Shown one piece after another: positions 38,901 through 47,600 of a stretch of DNA of 64,000 nt. The number at the start of each line of letters is the position of its first letter. Position 1 is the first letter of the stretch. This DNA is from Stylophora pistillata (taxonomy: Eukaryota), in NCBI RefSeq assembly GCF_002571385.2, contig NW_019217902.1, forward strand, positions 189,664 to 253,663, written 5' to 3'. A program made the translations under genes and the position numbers. A model generated the notes under the pieces. That model ran no database searches. It was given only the letters and a program-made list of their open reading frames with translations, and was not told where the DNA came from.

Positions 38901-41900
38901 AGATACTTTGATCAAAAAGTAAAATAAAAAATTTTAATAAATAGTTAAATGGAACGAAAATAATCTTATCTTAGCCCAGCAGTGCCATAAGGTTTTTCTT
39001 ATAAAAAAAGAAAAAAAATGCGCTCGTGGCCTATCGATGCCATAGCCCACAATCCTCCTCGGTGATCTTTTGCGTGGCTCCTAAGCGATGTGCGATTGAA
39101 GCACTTCCAGTGTGTTTTTATACGATTTCGCATGGTAATTTCCTGTTTTAATCATGTCGGGTAAACGTAAGCAATGGGACGACTACAAGGAGCGCCAAGG
39201 AAAGAGACGGGTAGGTGCAAAGAGCGTTAAAGCTAGCCCCAGGGGATCTGAAGGCACCTTGACTGTGCAGAGACTATCGGCAAACGTTCAAGGCAAGTGC
39301 CAAAAGTACAACCCAGAGGCAGATCCAGGAATTTTTGATTGGGGGGGTCCAAACCTTGGTTCAGAAAGGACTGTTAGACTCTTTTGAGGCAAATTACTTC
39401 TCCCCCACACCCCCTCTTACCACTCGCGGTTGCACGTCAAAATTCCTTGGCTGCTTACCGTTTACTTGGATTCATTAAAAAAATCAGCCAGAGGAACTTC
39501 ATATAGTCATCGTATCAGTTAAAAGGGGATATACAATCATGTCGATGTAAGAGTTTCAGTCTCAAAGTTGTAAGCGTCAGCTCTTTGTGGGGGTCCGGAC
39601 CCCCCGGACTCTCCCCCTGGATCCGCCACTGCAACCGCATTGGGCCTTTAACCCTCGTGCTATTCGACAAAGAACCAACTTTAAAAAATATCATGGAGGC
39701 CTGTAAGTCGCATTTTGGAACAAATTGCAAATGTGATGTCCTCGCGGCCGAACGCGGGCCCTTGTACACGCGTGAAAGTCGGATCAAAGACTACTCCGAA
39801 GGTCATTCACATCAGATTTGTGGAATATGAGCAGTCGCAAAACGCCGACCAACCAGTCTTCGTCCGGCCATTACATAAACGTGAGCCAGTTAGCCCAGGA
39901 GAGTGCAATAGTGCGGCTACAGCTGTTACAAAATCGTCCGTAATACCGCGTTTTGTCTCTCTTCGTCAAATGCTGAAAGTGGGCCAGCTTATAGAACCAG
40001 AAACAAATGTTGTCACACTCCATCTACAAGAAGTCATTGAATTGAAGTGGTTAAACCCTTTTTCGGTCACACTTTCACTGCATCGTAAGTATAATTTTAT
40101 CGTGTCAGCGGTCGTAACCGTTTCGTAAAGTGAAATAGAATGACACAGCCAGGAGAACACAGCAAATAATCATTTACTTTTTTAAAGGGTTACGACCGCT
40201 GACATGATAAAATTATAGAAGGTGAGAGGGGTCACTAGGAGCTCTCTCGAAGCAATTACCTGGCAAAAACAAACACATATATCTTATATAAAACAAACTG
40301 AACATTTATCTAGCCAACTGAAGTTGCTGGGCAACAAACATCTTACCTCGGCATTCATAAAGATAATCCAGCTAGAATTTTCCTATAATTTTCGGGTTGT
40401 TGTTTGAAGTCAAAATTCTTAAGAAATTTATCCTGGCACTGTACGTGTCTTGTGCACTGTAGATACACAAAGGAAACATCACCTTCTGGTATCCGCAAAG
40501 CTTGTCATGGCCATCTAAAGACATAGTGCAGTCCACTCCCTTTCGAATCCAGAAAATAAAGAAAATAGTGTTATAACTACTCCTACTAGCTATTTCAACG
40601 CGGCGTCATTTCGAGTAAAAAAAAAAACGGATAAACGCCCACTTACACCAGGAACAAAAGTATTGGTTCTCCGGTGGCGCTTTGTTTTTTTCCCACACCT
40701 CCTCTAGCTTGAAGCCCTTCTGGGGAAACTTTCATCACAGTGTAAACAAGAACATGGGGCACATTTAGCCCGTGAATCTCGCGTACCTTTTGTTGCATGG
40801 AACGATAACCAAGCAGCTGTCCCGAACCATCCATTTCGCGTGTCAGCTTCTTTGACATCCTCAATATCCGCTTCATAATTCGTGAACTTAATGTCAAAGT
40901 ACAGCAGCCTGCGTGCTAAAGTTCGCTCATTCCATTGGGTATTTCGATTCTATGAAGTCTAAAATCTCACCTTTTTTTTTCAGGTTTTACGGAACGTACT
41001 TTGATAAATCATCTTCAAGCGTTTGATCTTGCATCCAGTGACCTTCCTGATTTGATTTCCCGCCATCTTTGTCATGACCCAAGTGCATTGTGGGTTATGG
41101 CAATCGATAGGCCACGAGCGAATTTTTTTTTTTTTTCAAGAAAAACCTTATGTCACTGCTAGGCTAAGACAAGATTATTTTTGCTCCATTTAACTATTAA
41201 TTAAAAATGTTTATTTTACTTTTTGATTTAAAGTATCTCGATACAATTTTTTTTTCGTTTGAAGTTTAAAAATAAAATGAAATAGCATAATAAATAACGG
41301 GAAACTAACAAGATACTACACAATTTTCTTATGGCTTTCCTAGGCCACCATACAGATCCCGGCCAACGCCCTAATTGTTACTATTCCTCCTCTGTATTCC
41401 GTGTTCTCTTGATCAAGTGGAAAGAAACCCGAAAAATATCTTGTCGAAACTCTATCGCGCATCTTTGAATTTTGTAAATCAAAATGAAATGTTATGACAA
41501 TATTAGGTATTTTCACTTTACATCAAGACAGCTGCTAAGAGTACGAAACTTGACCAAAACTTACAAACTTAAAAGAAAGGCTTTTTTTTTTTTCAAGTGG
41601 TGTATACTTATGGCAATTAGGGAAACGCAAAGACTCATTGGTTACTGCCCCGGCTGGGTGTCCTGTGGACTATTATCCCGAGCTCCATTTTTTGGCAGGG
41701 CGTGGTCAGATAGGATATTCCAAACTTTCAGGTAGTAAGACGGAGTGAAAAAACGAGGGACCAACAATCGTGCTCCGTTTTAACAACTAAAGCTTGGAAC
41801 TAAATCAATACTTAGTTCGAAACAAGTCTCCCATCCAGGGAGCCCATCCAGTGAGCCCATCCAGGGAGGGGAAGTTGGAGAGAAGCAGCACTCTTGGAAA

Positions 41901-42266
41901 GTTTTATTCTACTAAAGCCGGGATTAGCTCCTATGGTATTTCTGGCTACTAAGCTGACTTTATTTGTAGTTTTTAACCCATGATGAATTATTTTCTTTTT
42001 TTAAGGTGAAAAAGCTGTTTATCTTTTTCACGGACGGCAGAAATACAGACACTGTGGCGGACTTAAGTGTTAAAGCGAACCAAATCAAGAACATCCCGAA
42101 CATGACGTCGATTGCAGTCGGAGTTGGGGATATAGTAGTTCGCGATGAACTGCTGACAATAGCTTCCAGTGAGGACGAGGTTTTTGAACTCGAAGAATTC
42201 GAAGAGCTGAAACTGCTCATAGATAAACTGAGACCCAGGGAGTGCCAAGGAGATGATTTTCCATAG
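870..42266 (+). CDS. Multi-exon agrin-like ECM protein (VWA-FSx3-VWA-GON-VWA-FSx28-LamG-EGF-LamG-EGF-VWA), 5'-incomplete, 45 exons
   Basis: GT-AG exons traced by hand; phases chain consistently to TAG at 42264-42266; summed exon length 10,626 nt is divisible by 3. Two FS exons contain in-frame TGA (15222, 16276). Confidence 0.9.
1047..1325. repeat. Dispersed non-autonomous repeat with internal inverted repeats; related copy at about 22625-23035
   Basis: Shared motifs tcgacagtggt...ctgtact and ctcttatcgacaacggcaa...ggccaatca in both places. Confidence 0.6.
1878..2087 (+). CDS. FS/Kazal exon 1
   Basis: 10-Cys FS pattern, PVCGSNSRTYWNEC; phase 1-1. Confidence 0.9.
2440..2655 (+). CDS. FS/Kazal exon 2 (not in ORF track)
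   Basis: PCSGVKC...CHDIYKPVCGSDGNSYLTEC; phase 1-1. Confidence 0.9.
3385..3597 (+). CDS. FS/Kazal exon 3 (not in ORF track)
   Basis: PCNDVVC...PVCGSDMVTYTSGC; phase 1-1. Confidence 0.9.
3802..4113. repeat. Palindromic dispersed repeat (hairpin 3802-3950); relatives at 10444-10552 (inverted), about 35365-35680 and about 37490-37785
   Basis: ttcttattaaccaagc...gcttggttaataaga arms around accgagcgcagcgaggt. Confidence 0.7.
4674..5228 (+). CDS. VWA domain exon, degenerate MIDAS
   Basis: DLAFVFGASG...TRVALVDY...GARPFAEDILVVMTQG; phase 1-1. Confidence 0.9.
5415..6029 (+). CDS. GON domain exon (ADAMTS9/20, GON-1 type)
   Basis: RSCAEVK...IYCHNM...PQEYITL...TNFSKVRLD...YGTAGDCYS...AKCGGWCGRC; phase 1-1. 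Confidence 0.88.
6225..6460 (+). mobile_element. Degenerate tRNA-derived SINE
   Basis: B-box-like gggttcgagtc followed by a typical SINE body. Confidence 0.4.
6578..6903 (+). CDS. VWA domain exon A
   Basis: CPFPMDVVFALDSSSD...THVGVI; phase 1-0. Confidence 0.9.
7040..7455 (-). mobile_element. 5'-truncated CR1/L2-clade LINE, 3' end
   Basis: ORF2 C-terminus (APGYLS...GQRTFFYSAVTLWNSL...FKRRL), AATAAA and (TATG/TA)n tail on the minus strand. Confidence 0.8.
7866..8097 (+). CDS. VWA domain exon B
   Basis: VPRSLVVLVAG...GIQIFVVAVG; phase 0-1. Confidence 0.88.
8433..8648 (+). CDS. FS/Kazal exon 4
   Basis: 10-Cys FS, VCGSDRVTYDNDC; phase 1-1. Confidence 0.9.
9021..9233 (+). CDS. FS/Kazal exon 5
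   Basis: PVCGVNNRTYINKC; phase 1-1. Confidence 0.9.
9845..10060 (+). CDS. FS/Kazal exon 6
   Basis: VCGSDGKTYLNEC; phase 1-1. Confidence 0.9.
10826..11044 (+). CDS. FS/Kazal exon 7
   Basis: VCGSDGQSYINKC; phase 1-1. Confidence 0.9.
11555..11997. repeat. Non-autonomous repeat with terminal hairpin
   Basis: Inverted arms gtgcaatttggaat...attccaaattgcac and aattgcac...gtgcaatt. Confidence 0.6.
12078..12293 (+). CDS. FS/Kazal exon 8
   Basis: PVCGTDGKTYRNEC; phase 1-1. Confidence 0.9.
12576..12791 (+). CDS. FS/Kazal exon 9
   Basis: VCGSDEKTYINLC; phase 1-1. Confidence 0.9.
12878..13093 (+). CDS. FS/Kazal exon 10
   Basis: PVCGTNGRTYESEC; phase 1-1. Confidence 0.9.
13637..13861 (+). CDS. FS/Kazal exon 11
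   Basis: ICGDNGKTYRSVC; phase 1-1. Confidence 0.9.
14134..14340 (+). CDS. FS/Kazal exon 12
   Basis: PVCGSDGRTYENEC; phase 1-1. Confidence 0.9.
14781..15014 (+). CDS. FS/Kazal exon 13
   Basis: GLVVVPC...VCGSDGETHTVYTNEC; phase 1-1. Confidence 0.9.
15133..15345 (+). pseudogene. FS/Kazal exon 14 with in-frame TGA at a conserved Cys (possible pseudo-exon)
   Basis: CVCPSHRD*PWKVDLICGSDG; TGA 15222-15224; intact AG/GT, phase 1-1. Confidence 0.8.
15400..15618. repeat. Degenerate (GACT)n microsatellite
   Basis: Runs of ctga/gact. Confidence 0.75.
15620..16020 (+). repeat. tRNA-derived tandem repeat, about 258-bp unit, 1.6 copies; minus-strand copy at about 48448-48635
   Basis: A-box-like tcaattggtag and B-box ggttcaaatccc; aatcccgtacaggcctgat and the downstream sequence are duplicated. 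Confidence 0.7.
16226..16441 (+). pseudogene. FS/Kazal exon 15 with in-frame TGA (possible pseudo-exon)
   Basis: CAKNAVCFIK*NGLHECRC...VCGSDGKTYDNEC; TGA 16276-16278; intact splice sites. Confidence 0.8.
17410..17622 (+). CDS. FS/Kazal exon 16
   Basis: PVCGSDGIEYPNEC; phase 1-1. Confidence 0.9.
18135..18353 (+). CDS. FS/Kazal exon 17
   Basis: VCGTDGKTYINEC; phase 1-1. Confidence 0.9.
18751..18957 (+). CDS. FS/Kazal exon 18
   Basis: PVCGSNGNTYDNEC; phase 1-1. Confidence 0.9.
19688..19894 (+). CDS. FS/Kazal exon 19
   Basis: VCASNGKSYTNEC; phase 1-1. Confidence 0.9.
20587..20808 (+). CDS. FS/Kazal exon 20
   Basis: PVCGSDGITYASEC; phase 1-1. Confidence 0.9.
21261..21488 (+). CDS. FS/Kazal exon 21
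   Basis: GLVVLPC...VCGSDGRRYDNPC; phase 1-1. Confidence 0.9.
21997..22215 (+). CDS. FS/Kazal exon 22 (not in ORF track)
   Basis: ACRQAKC...CPLESDEVCADDTITYRTEC; phase 1-1. Confidence 0.88.
23268..23480 (+). CDS. FS/Kazal exon 23
   Basis: PVCGSDGKQYISTC; phase 1-1. Confidence 0.9.
24718..24930 (+). CDS. FS/Kazal exon 24
   Basis: PICASDGKTYVNEC; phase 1-1. Confidence 0.9.
25320..25532 (+). CDS. FS/Kazal exon 25
   Basis: PVCGSDGETYINEC; phase 1-1. Confidence 0.9.
25819..26028 (+). CDS. FS/Kazal exon 26 (not in ORF track)
   Basis: CPLVYNPTCGTDRKSYFNLC; phase 1-1. Confidence 0.9.
26165..26400 (+). mobile_element. Degenerate SINE
   Basis: Core ctccacccaggagagtaaatg...gcatccaatccaggggg. Confidence 0.5.
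26470..26720 (-). mobile_element. SINE of the same family, inverted
   Basis: Reverse complement reads ccacccaggagtgtatatgggtaccggcga...gcattccattcagggggg. Confidence 0.55.
26862..27086 (+). CDS. FS/Kazal exon 27 (not in ORF track)
   Basis: NPCALTSC...VCGSNGKTYSNTC; phase 1-1. Confidence 0.88.
27659..27865 (+). CDS. FS/Kazal exon 28
   Basis: PVCGTDKRSYLNHC; phase 1-1. Confidence 0.9.
28279..28485 (+). CDS. FS/Kazal exon 29
   Basis: PVCGTNKKTYVNRC; phase 1-1. Confidence 0.9.
28495..28718. repeat. Near-perfect 112-bp tandem duplication
   Basis: attgaagtcctcgtatttt... starts at 28495 and at 28607. Confidence 0.9.
29245..29457 (+). CDS. FS/Kazal exon 30
   Basis: PVCGSNGKTYINEC; phase 1-1. Confidence 0.9.
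29871..30080 (+). CDS. FS/Kazal exon 31
   Basis: PVCGTDGQTYLNEC; phase 1-1. Confidence 0.9.
30465..30566 (+). CDS. Linker exon with polybasic furin-type site
   Basis: ttag|TC...C|gtaagt, 102 nt, phase 1-1; VCVGVNCPRPARRSRRSRTKRAVFKQLVSRSLTL. Confidence 0.7.
31386..31569 (+). CDS. Laminin G domain 1, exon A
   Basis: GFRGNGYLEY...MKFRP...GVIL...DFIFILLKRGQVIF; phase 1-2. Confidence 0.88.
32028..32237 (+). CDS. Laminin G domain 1, exon B (not in ORF track)
   Basis: YDLGEGP...LNDWNQLRVYR...MFLGG; phase 2-2. Confidence 0.88.
33207..33469 (+). CDS. LamG1 end + EGF domain
   Basis: GFYGLM...PCEHGGGC...CDCPKGFLGDRC; phase 2-1. Confidence 0.88.
33644..33738. repeat. 21-bp minisatellite, about 4.5 copies
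   Basis: (tgaattggttatccctgggag)n. Confidence 0.9.
34572..34779 (+). CDS. Laminin G domain 2, exon A
   Basis: VPYFQG...IRPEQNNGLIMYSG...FISLAIINGQIQF; phase 1-2. Confidence 0.85.
34851..35357. repeat. Non-autonomous repeat with terminal hairpin
   Basis: tatatactaaaacagtggatag start; aacaactattcac...gatgaatagttgtt hairpin at the end. Confidence 0.6.
36035..36280 (+). mobile_element. Penelope-like element terminus with degenerate hammerhead motif; related fragment at 50075-50172
   Basis: Inverted/direct pLTR-like arrangement around ctgacgaagggctaactctcgaaacatcag. Confidence 0.6.
36285..36650. repeat. Degenerate (GACT)n microsatellite
   Basis: ctgactgactgac runs. Confidence 0.7.
36664..36909 (+). 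CDS. Laminin G domain 2, exon B (not in ORF track)
   Basis: FKLRQG...LNAWSSI...VYIGG; phase 2-2. Confidence 0.83.
37148..37416 (+). CDS. LamG2 end + EGF domain
   Basis: GFKGCM...PCQNDGKC...CDCKLGFTGPQC; phase 2-1. Confidence 0.88.
38292..38629 (+). CDS. C-terminal VWA exon A, intact MIDAS
   Basis: DVGFAIDGSNS...THVALLQY...TDIGDGL...NGMR; phase 1-0. Confidence 0.9.
39154..40085 (+). pseudogene. Second (accessory) gene of the transposon, disrupted
   Basis: QRLSANVQGKCQKY/NRIGPLTLV...CDVLAAERGP...KVIHIRFVE; split by a MITE and a frameshift. Confidence 0.65.
39314..39631. mobile_element. Nested MITE (hAT-like termini, 5-bp TSD)
   Basis: CAGAGGCAGATCCAGG...CCTGGATCCGCCACTG; TSD CAACC at 39309-39313 and 39632-39636. 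Confidence 0.85.
40245..41066 (-). pseudogene. Spliced DDE/integrase-core transposase remnant
   Basis: EMDGSGQLLGYRSMQQKVREIHGLNVP, then exon 40539-40347 GVDCTMSLDGHDKLCGYQKVMFPLCIYSAQDTYS; frameshifts and stops. Confidence 0.8.
42006..42266 (+). CDS. C-terminal VWA exon B (terminal coding exon)
   Basis: VKKLFIFFTDG...IAVGVG...ELLTIAS; TAG stop; AATAAA at 42379. Confidence 0.9.
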   Translation: MKKLFIFFTDGRNTDTVADLSVKANQIKNIPNMTSIAVGVGDIVVRDELLTIASSEDEVFELEEFEELKLLIDKLRPRECQGDDFP

Positions 42267-42378
42267 CGTCCAATTGTATAAGGTAAGAAGACACATAAGT
42301 ATGGCGAAGGGGGAAAAGTGTATCTTAGAATAGGTATGACACTTTGGCGAGGGCACTTTCGTCTTGGTTATTTACTAC

Positions 42379-42384
42379 AATAAA
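42379..42384 (+). terminator. Candidate polyadenylation signal
   Basis: AATAAA about 110 nt after the stop, followed by a GT-rich tract; alternative AATAAA sites at about 43085-43220. Confidence 0.45.
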
Positions 42385-43502
42385 TTTCTCGTTACACCCT
42401 CAATTCCGCACATTAGTGTGTTGTTTCAGGACACTCTGCCCTTACTGAACATACTCCCTACAACCTCGGGGTGATAGAAATTGCAGGAGAGGGAGTGGAA
42501 AGGACATGGCTATGCAGGAACTTGAATCCCGATAAAGTCTTGGAGAGGGAAAGAGGAGTTCCTCGTTGTACAGTTTACAAGCCTTTGTTCTTACTCTTGA
42601 AGATGATTATAAAAAACAATTTTGTATATCATGCATTATGCAAGATGTTGTGTGAGAGCATTAACGCAACCACTGTTGTGACCCTTGCCACGCAATGTCT
42701 AATGTGAATTTGCAGTCTTCGTGATTGGCTTAGAGATGCAAACTTGAAATGCAAAATATAACTTAACTCAGCGAGAAGACCTACCAGAGATGACTACATT
42801 TTAATTGCTAAATCATTTGTTGAATTTTTCAGCATTACTTATATACCGCTGTCTTTTTTTGTTTTGCAGGCCAAATATTTACTTCCGTAAAATAGAAAAT
42901 TGTTCCATTGCTACAACCCGTTCTACTAGTGGTAGATAAGTTTTTTTTAAAAAATGAAAAAAAAAAAGCTATGCTGCAACTATATATTCAAAGCCTAGGA
43001 CGTTAAAGCTTGTAGAAAAGAACGTATTTTAAATTTATGAGAAAGGAAAAAGTTACTTTTTTACTTGCAAGCATCACATACTCAAATAAAAACCAGTTAT
43101 TGTAGGTGCAACTTTTTTATGTTATTTTAACCTAGTTTCTTTTTCTATTTTTCTTGCTATTCTAAATTGTGTAACTACTTTAAAGTCTTGAATATTTGAA
43201 GCAATAAAACAGTGCAAATAAATCTCCTGCGTGCTTACTTTTGGGATTTAAAATGAATATCACCGAGTGTATTTCTATTGAAAATTAACAAGAAGTTAGC
43301 TAGACGGGCACTTTCGATTCCTTAGAGTTTTAGATGATGGTACGCATGCAGCTTCACTGTTTGATTTATTTTCGATGATATGATTTCTATACGCTTGTCA
43401 TGATAAGAGCAAACACTACAAAGTTGTTTTGAGCAAGACCTGTCACCAGCAGCCCATGCTTATTTAATTCCTTATTAATTAATCAACAATTATTCCACGA
43501 GC

Positions 43503-43541
<39 letters not shown>

Positions 43542-43549
43542 TTACCATT

Positions 43550-43584
<35 letters not shown>

Positions 43585-44689
43585 ACGGCTAAGCCAATGA
43601 AAAGTCTTGAATTCCATTATCCAGTGATCCAGTTTTTAATAAAACGTAATAGAAGACTGATGAGTAAGGAAAAAGGGTCGGACGCACTTGTATACAATAC
43701 GTTCTAGTCAAACACTGCTCAAATGCGACCAAAGGGGTTCCTTCTAGGAACATCAAACTCACTTTCCTGAAGCTTATTGCTTCTACGGGATTACGAGCGT
43801 TGAACAGTCCTCTAGGATGACAAGTGTAAACCGTAGGCCCCGTCTCCTTCATCTTCTGTGTACTAGTTAACATGGCATGTTAAAGAACCCCTGTACTTCT
43901 CGCACTGAAAGAGCAAGGAAGGTAGCTCCGGGTTCGTTGGTCTGGCCTTGTTTCTAAAATTGGGGGCATACGCAAAATTTTGGAAAAAAAGCAAGTGTAA
44001 ACTGCCCGATACAGTCTGGCCAAAGTCTCGCACAAGTGTTAGTAAGCGCATTAGAGAATAAGTATGTATAATGAGCAACATTAATGCTACATCCTTCTCC
44101 TACTCCCCCTAAACCTGAGGAGTTTCCCAATTAATTTAGTGCTATCGAGTCAAAGTGAACAACTACCACGGAGGTTTCGTATTCTTTGTCGTCTACATCG
44201 TCACGGAAAGTAATGCACCGACTTGACCTCATCTACAAACCTGGTAAAATCTGATTTCGGAGAGTGATGAGCTTCACAGGGAATATTCTAATAAACTAGG
44301 TCCGCGATGCGTGTGAGACAACAACTTCCTTTACCTCTACAATTCGTTTTAATCTTATGTTTCTAGGGAAGAGAACAAGCACCATGTTTACTCTTGTCAC
44401 TAAGTTCCCCAGTTGAGTTTGTTACTGTTAGTCGGCTGGTTAACTCAAATCGTTGGTTTGAGGTTTAGCGTTAAGAACCTTTCACTGAGTTCGTCTTCGG
44501 GCGCAAATTTTACGAAAGATACTTTTAGCGACATGTGCTGCTTGAATGTGTGAGTAAGTTAGTACAAAAGGGCAATAAATCAGTTAGAAATGATAAGTTA
44601 TACGAATGACTTGAATATGACATAAAGTTACATCTTGAATGTTTTTATTCGAACATATGAACCGTATCTTTGCAATCGTCATGGCATAA

Positions 44690-47600
44690 GGGAAATCTAC
44701 CCGTTTTCCATTTTCACTTTCCCTGTGTCTGGAAAAGGTTTATTCAAGCATATCAGCCATTTGTGAAAGGACTAAAAGGTGCATTATTGTGTAGATTAGG
44801 TAGATTCACCTTTATCATTTTCAGTTCCATTTCGTTTAGTATACTATCAGACCGTTTTCCCGCAACTGTTTGCTCATGACGTAACAAAATATCTTTGCAA
44901 GGAATACTACTGTCTGCGATGATTTCGTGGCATTTCTCATCTGAATTGGTCATAATCTTGATGCTCTTAGGCTTGTTTATTCATTCTAAGGAGATAATGT
45001 AGAATTATCAGTTTAACTTTCATTTAAGGCAAGTCATAGATTTTCTAAAACGAGCAAAGAAGGAGCATTGTTTATCGAAAACGCACCAAAACACGTTTTC
45101 TTTAAAACCACTTTTTATATTCTAGAAAAGACAAATTTCCGCAATATATCTGCAGGTCAACAAACGAGCTGAGCAGAATTAGATGACCTTTTTTTCCCTA
45201 ACAAAACAAAGATCGTAATCTCATTCACTTGTTTCCGGTCCCTCGGTGTGACGCCACGACAAAATTATTGTCTATAGTTTCCGACAGTCAGATGGCCGTT
45301 CGCTCGAGGAGCGCTTTCTTACAGACTGTAACTTGTGGTGAAATTCAAACTTTCCTTGAAAATCAATCATATTTCAAAGGAACTTTATGATAACAAATGA
45401 TCGGTTATCGTTGAAATCTGTGCCATTTCGCTCTCTTTATTTTCCTTATGCAAGCGTACTCTTTGAGTGCGCTGCTAGACAAATAAGGTAAATTTACTTT
45501 TTCCATTATCACTTTCGTCATGTCTATAAAAGGTAAACTTATCATTTATGAGAGCAAAAGATCGGTTATCGTTGAAATCTGTAGCCTGCGAAGCAAGCCC
45601 TGGGGGAGAGGAGGGGGGATTGGGAAGCAAGCCCTGGAGGAGAGGAGGGGAATTGGGGCGAGGGGAGAAGGAGGTCCCTCTCCCCTCGCCCCAATTCTTC
45701 TCCTCTCCTCCAGGGCTTGCTTCCCAATCCCCCCTCCTCTCCCCCAGGGCTTGCTTCGCAGGCTATGAAATCTGCGTCATTTCGCTTTCTTTATGTTCAG
45801 TCAAGCGTACTCTATGGGTGCGCTGTTAAACAAGTGAAGGTAAATTTACCTTTTCCATTTTCACTTTCGTCGTGTTTATAAGAGGTAAACATATCAGCCA
45901 TTTGTGAAAGATGCATTATTCAGTTGATAAGCTAGATTTACCACTTTCATTTTCCCTTTCGTTTATTAAAAATCAGACCGTTTTGCCATTACATCAGTGT
46001 TGTTCATGAGATGACAAAATGATATCCTTGCAAGAGATTTAACAGGTGAGTACTTTTTCAAATAACGTACGTGTCATATGTCTTCAATAATTACATAACG
46101 TTCCTCAAAACAGTATGCGAGGATTTTCAAATACCATCAACATTTGGAGCTAAAGATTAGAATCTGCAGTCAAATGCGTGATACGTTTGTTCCTTATACT
46201 AAAAACATTTGGGGGAACTGATTTATCACGAGAGCAGAAGAATCACAGCGTGAAGAATGTCATTCAATTACTTATCTTCAATTTTTCATGAAAATATTCA
46301 TTTCACTTGTGAGAACCTGTACACGTTACTGTTAGTAATGGAAGGTATTCATTCCTTTGGGTTAATATGCAGTTCCTTTATTATTTTATGTATGTTTAAA
46401 TGTTGATTCCTGTTTTTACAGAATCTTTTATTTCCGGTTGAAGGATAGAGGGTATTGTTTAGCTAAGACATTTAGTACTCTAATGTCATTAAAACCAAGA
46501 GATGTTTGATCCCTTTGAGAGCAAAGGAATCTTCGAATGGAGAAAAAAAGTAAAGAGATAAAAGAGCGTGCGGAGATGCGGCCTTTAAATAGTCAAGGCT
46601 CAAAGAGTTAAATCCAATTATTAGTTTCCAAGTATTCATGAAAGTGACCTGTATTAGTTGTATACGAAATGAAGTATTTTCCCTCGTGCTAGAAAACCAG
46701 TCCGTTTAGATGCTTGTTCAAATGTTTTATTCTGTTTTCGTCGAAGTTTTTATTAGTATAAGAGGAGTTCAATGTTAAAGTTATCATCAGTTGTTGTCAA
46801 TGTTTTTAACTAAAATATTAGCATTTTGGGCCATTTCCGTTCGGTAGTGATGATATAATTATGCAGGTGTTAATGCATTATGCAGACATGATCAAGTAAA
46901 ATGCCAAAAGGTATTTTGTGCGAGTAGCACTTGTTTCTAAACTTAAAATTACAATGAAATGTGTCTTATTGAAAGATGTTGAAAAAGGAGGTGTTAGGTG
47001 AATTTGATTACGGCAGTTAACATATTTAACTCAGTCTGCAATTACTAGAGGTGCTTGCTTCAGAGTGACGTCAAGATTTAATCTCTGGGACACAAATCGG
47101 TTAGAAATAAAAATTTACACGAATGATTTGAGGATGACATGAATCTATTTCTGTAATGATATCTTTACGCAAACAGATGATTATTGCCTTTGAAATCTTT
47201 ATGGCATGAGGGTAATTTACCTTTTCAGTTTCACTTTCATCGTGTCTGTAAAAGGTTAGTCAAGCTCATCAATCATTTGTGAAATCTGCATTATTGAGGA
47301 GATAGGTAGATTCACCAGAGTAAATTTAATTCTATTGTAATCACAGAGTAAGTTTCTTATTTGAGGAAGGAAGAACCATTGAAATAAAGTTCGCCTTCTG
47401 GTGGAAATTTGAAACAGAAAAATGCGCTTATGATCGCATGAACGTGATTCGAGTAATGTTACAAAGAAGATTTTTGCAACTAAAGGATGGGTTATCGTTA
47501 AAATCTGTGTCATGTGCAGGAAATAAACCATTTTATTTTCGTTTTCATTGTTTTGTTCATGATCAGTCAAGCACAGTGGTAATATGTGAAAAAAAAACCA

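Larger units (their letters stand above)
38787..41352. mobile_element. IS3EU-type DNA transposon, internally deleted
   Basis: TIRs of about 270 bp (TATGGTGGCCTAGGAA...TTCCTAGGCCACCATA); 6-bp TSD CAGATC (38781-38786 and 41353-41358); two convergent decayed genes. Confidence 0.85.

Noticed and set aside
870-42266. Calling the gene agrin (AGRN)
   Set aside because: No SEA or laminin-EGF domains seen, and it has extra VWA/GON domains and 31 FS modules; orthology is unsupported.
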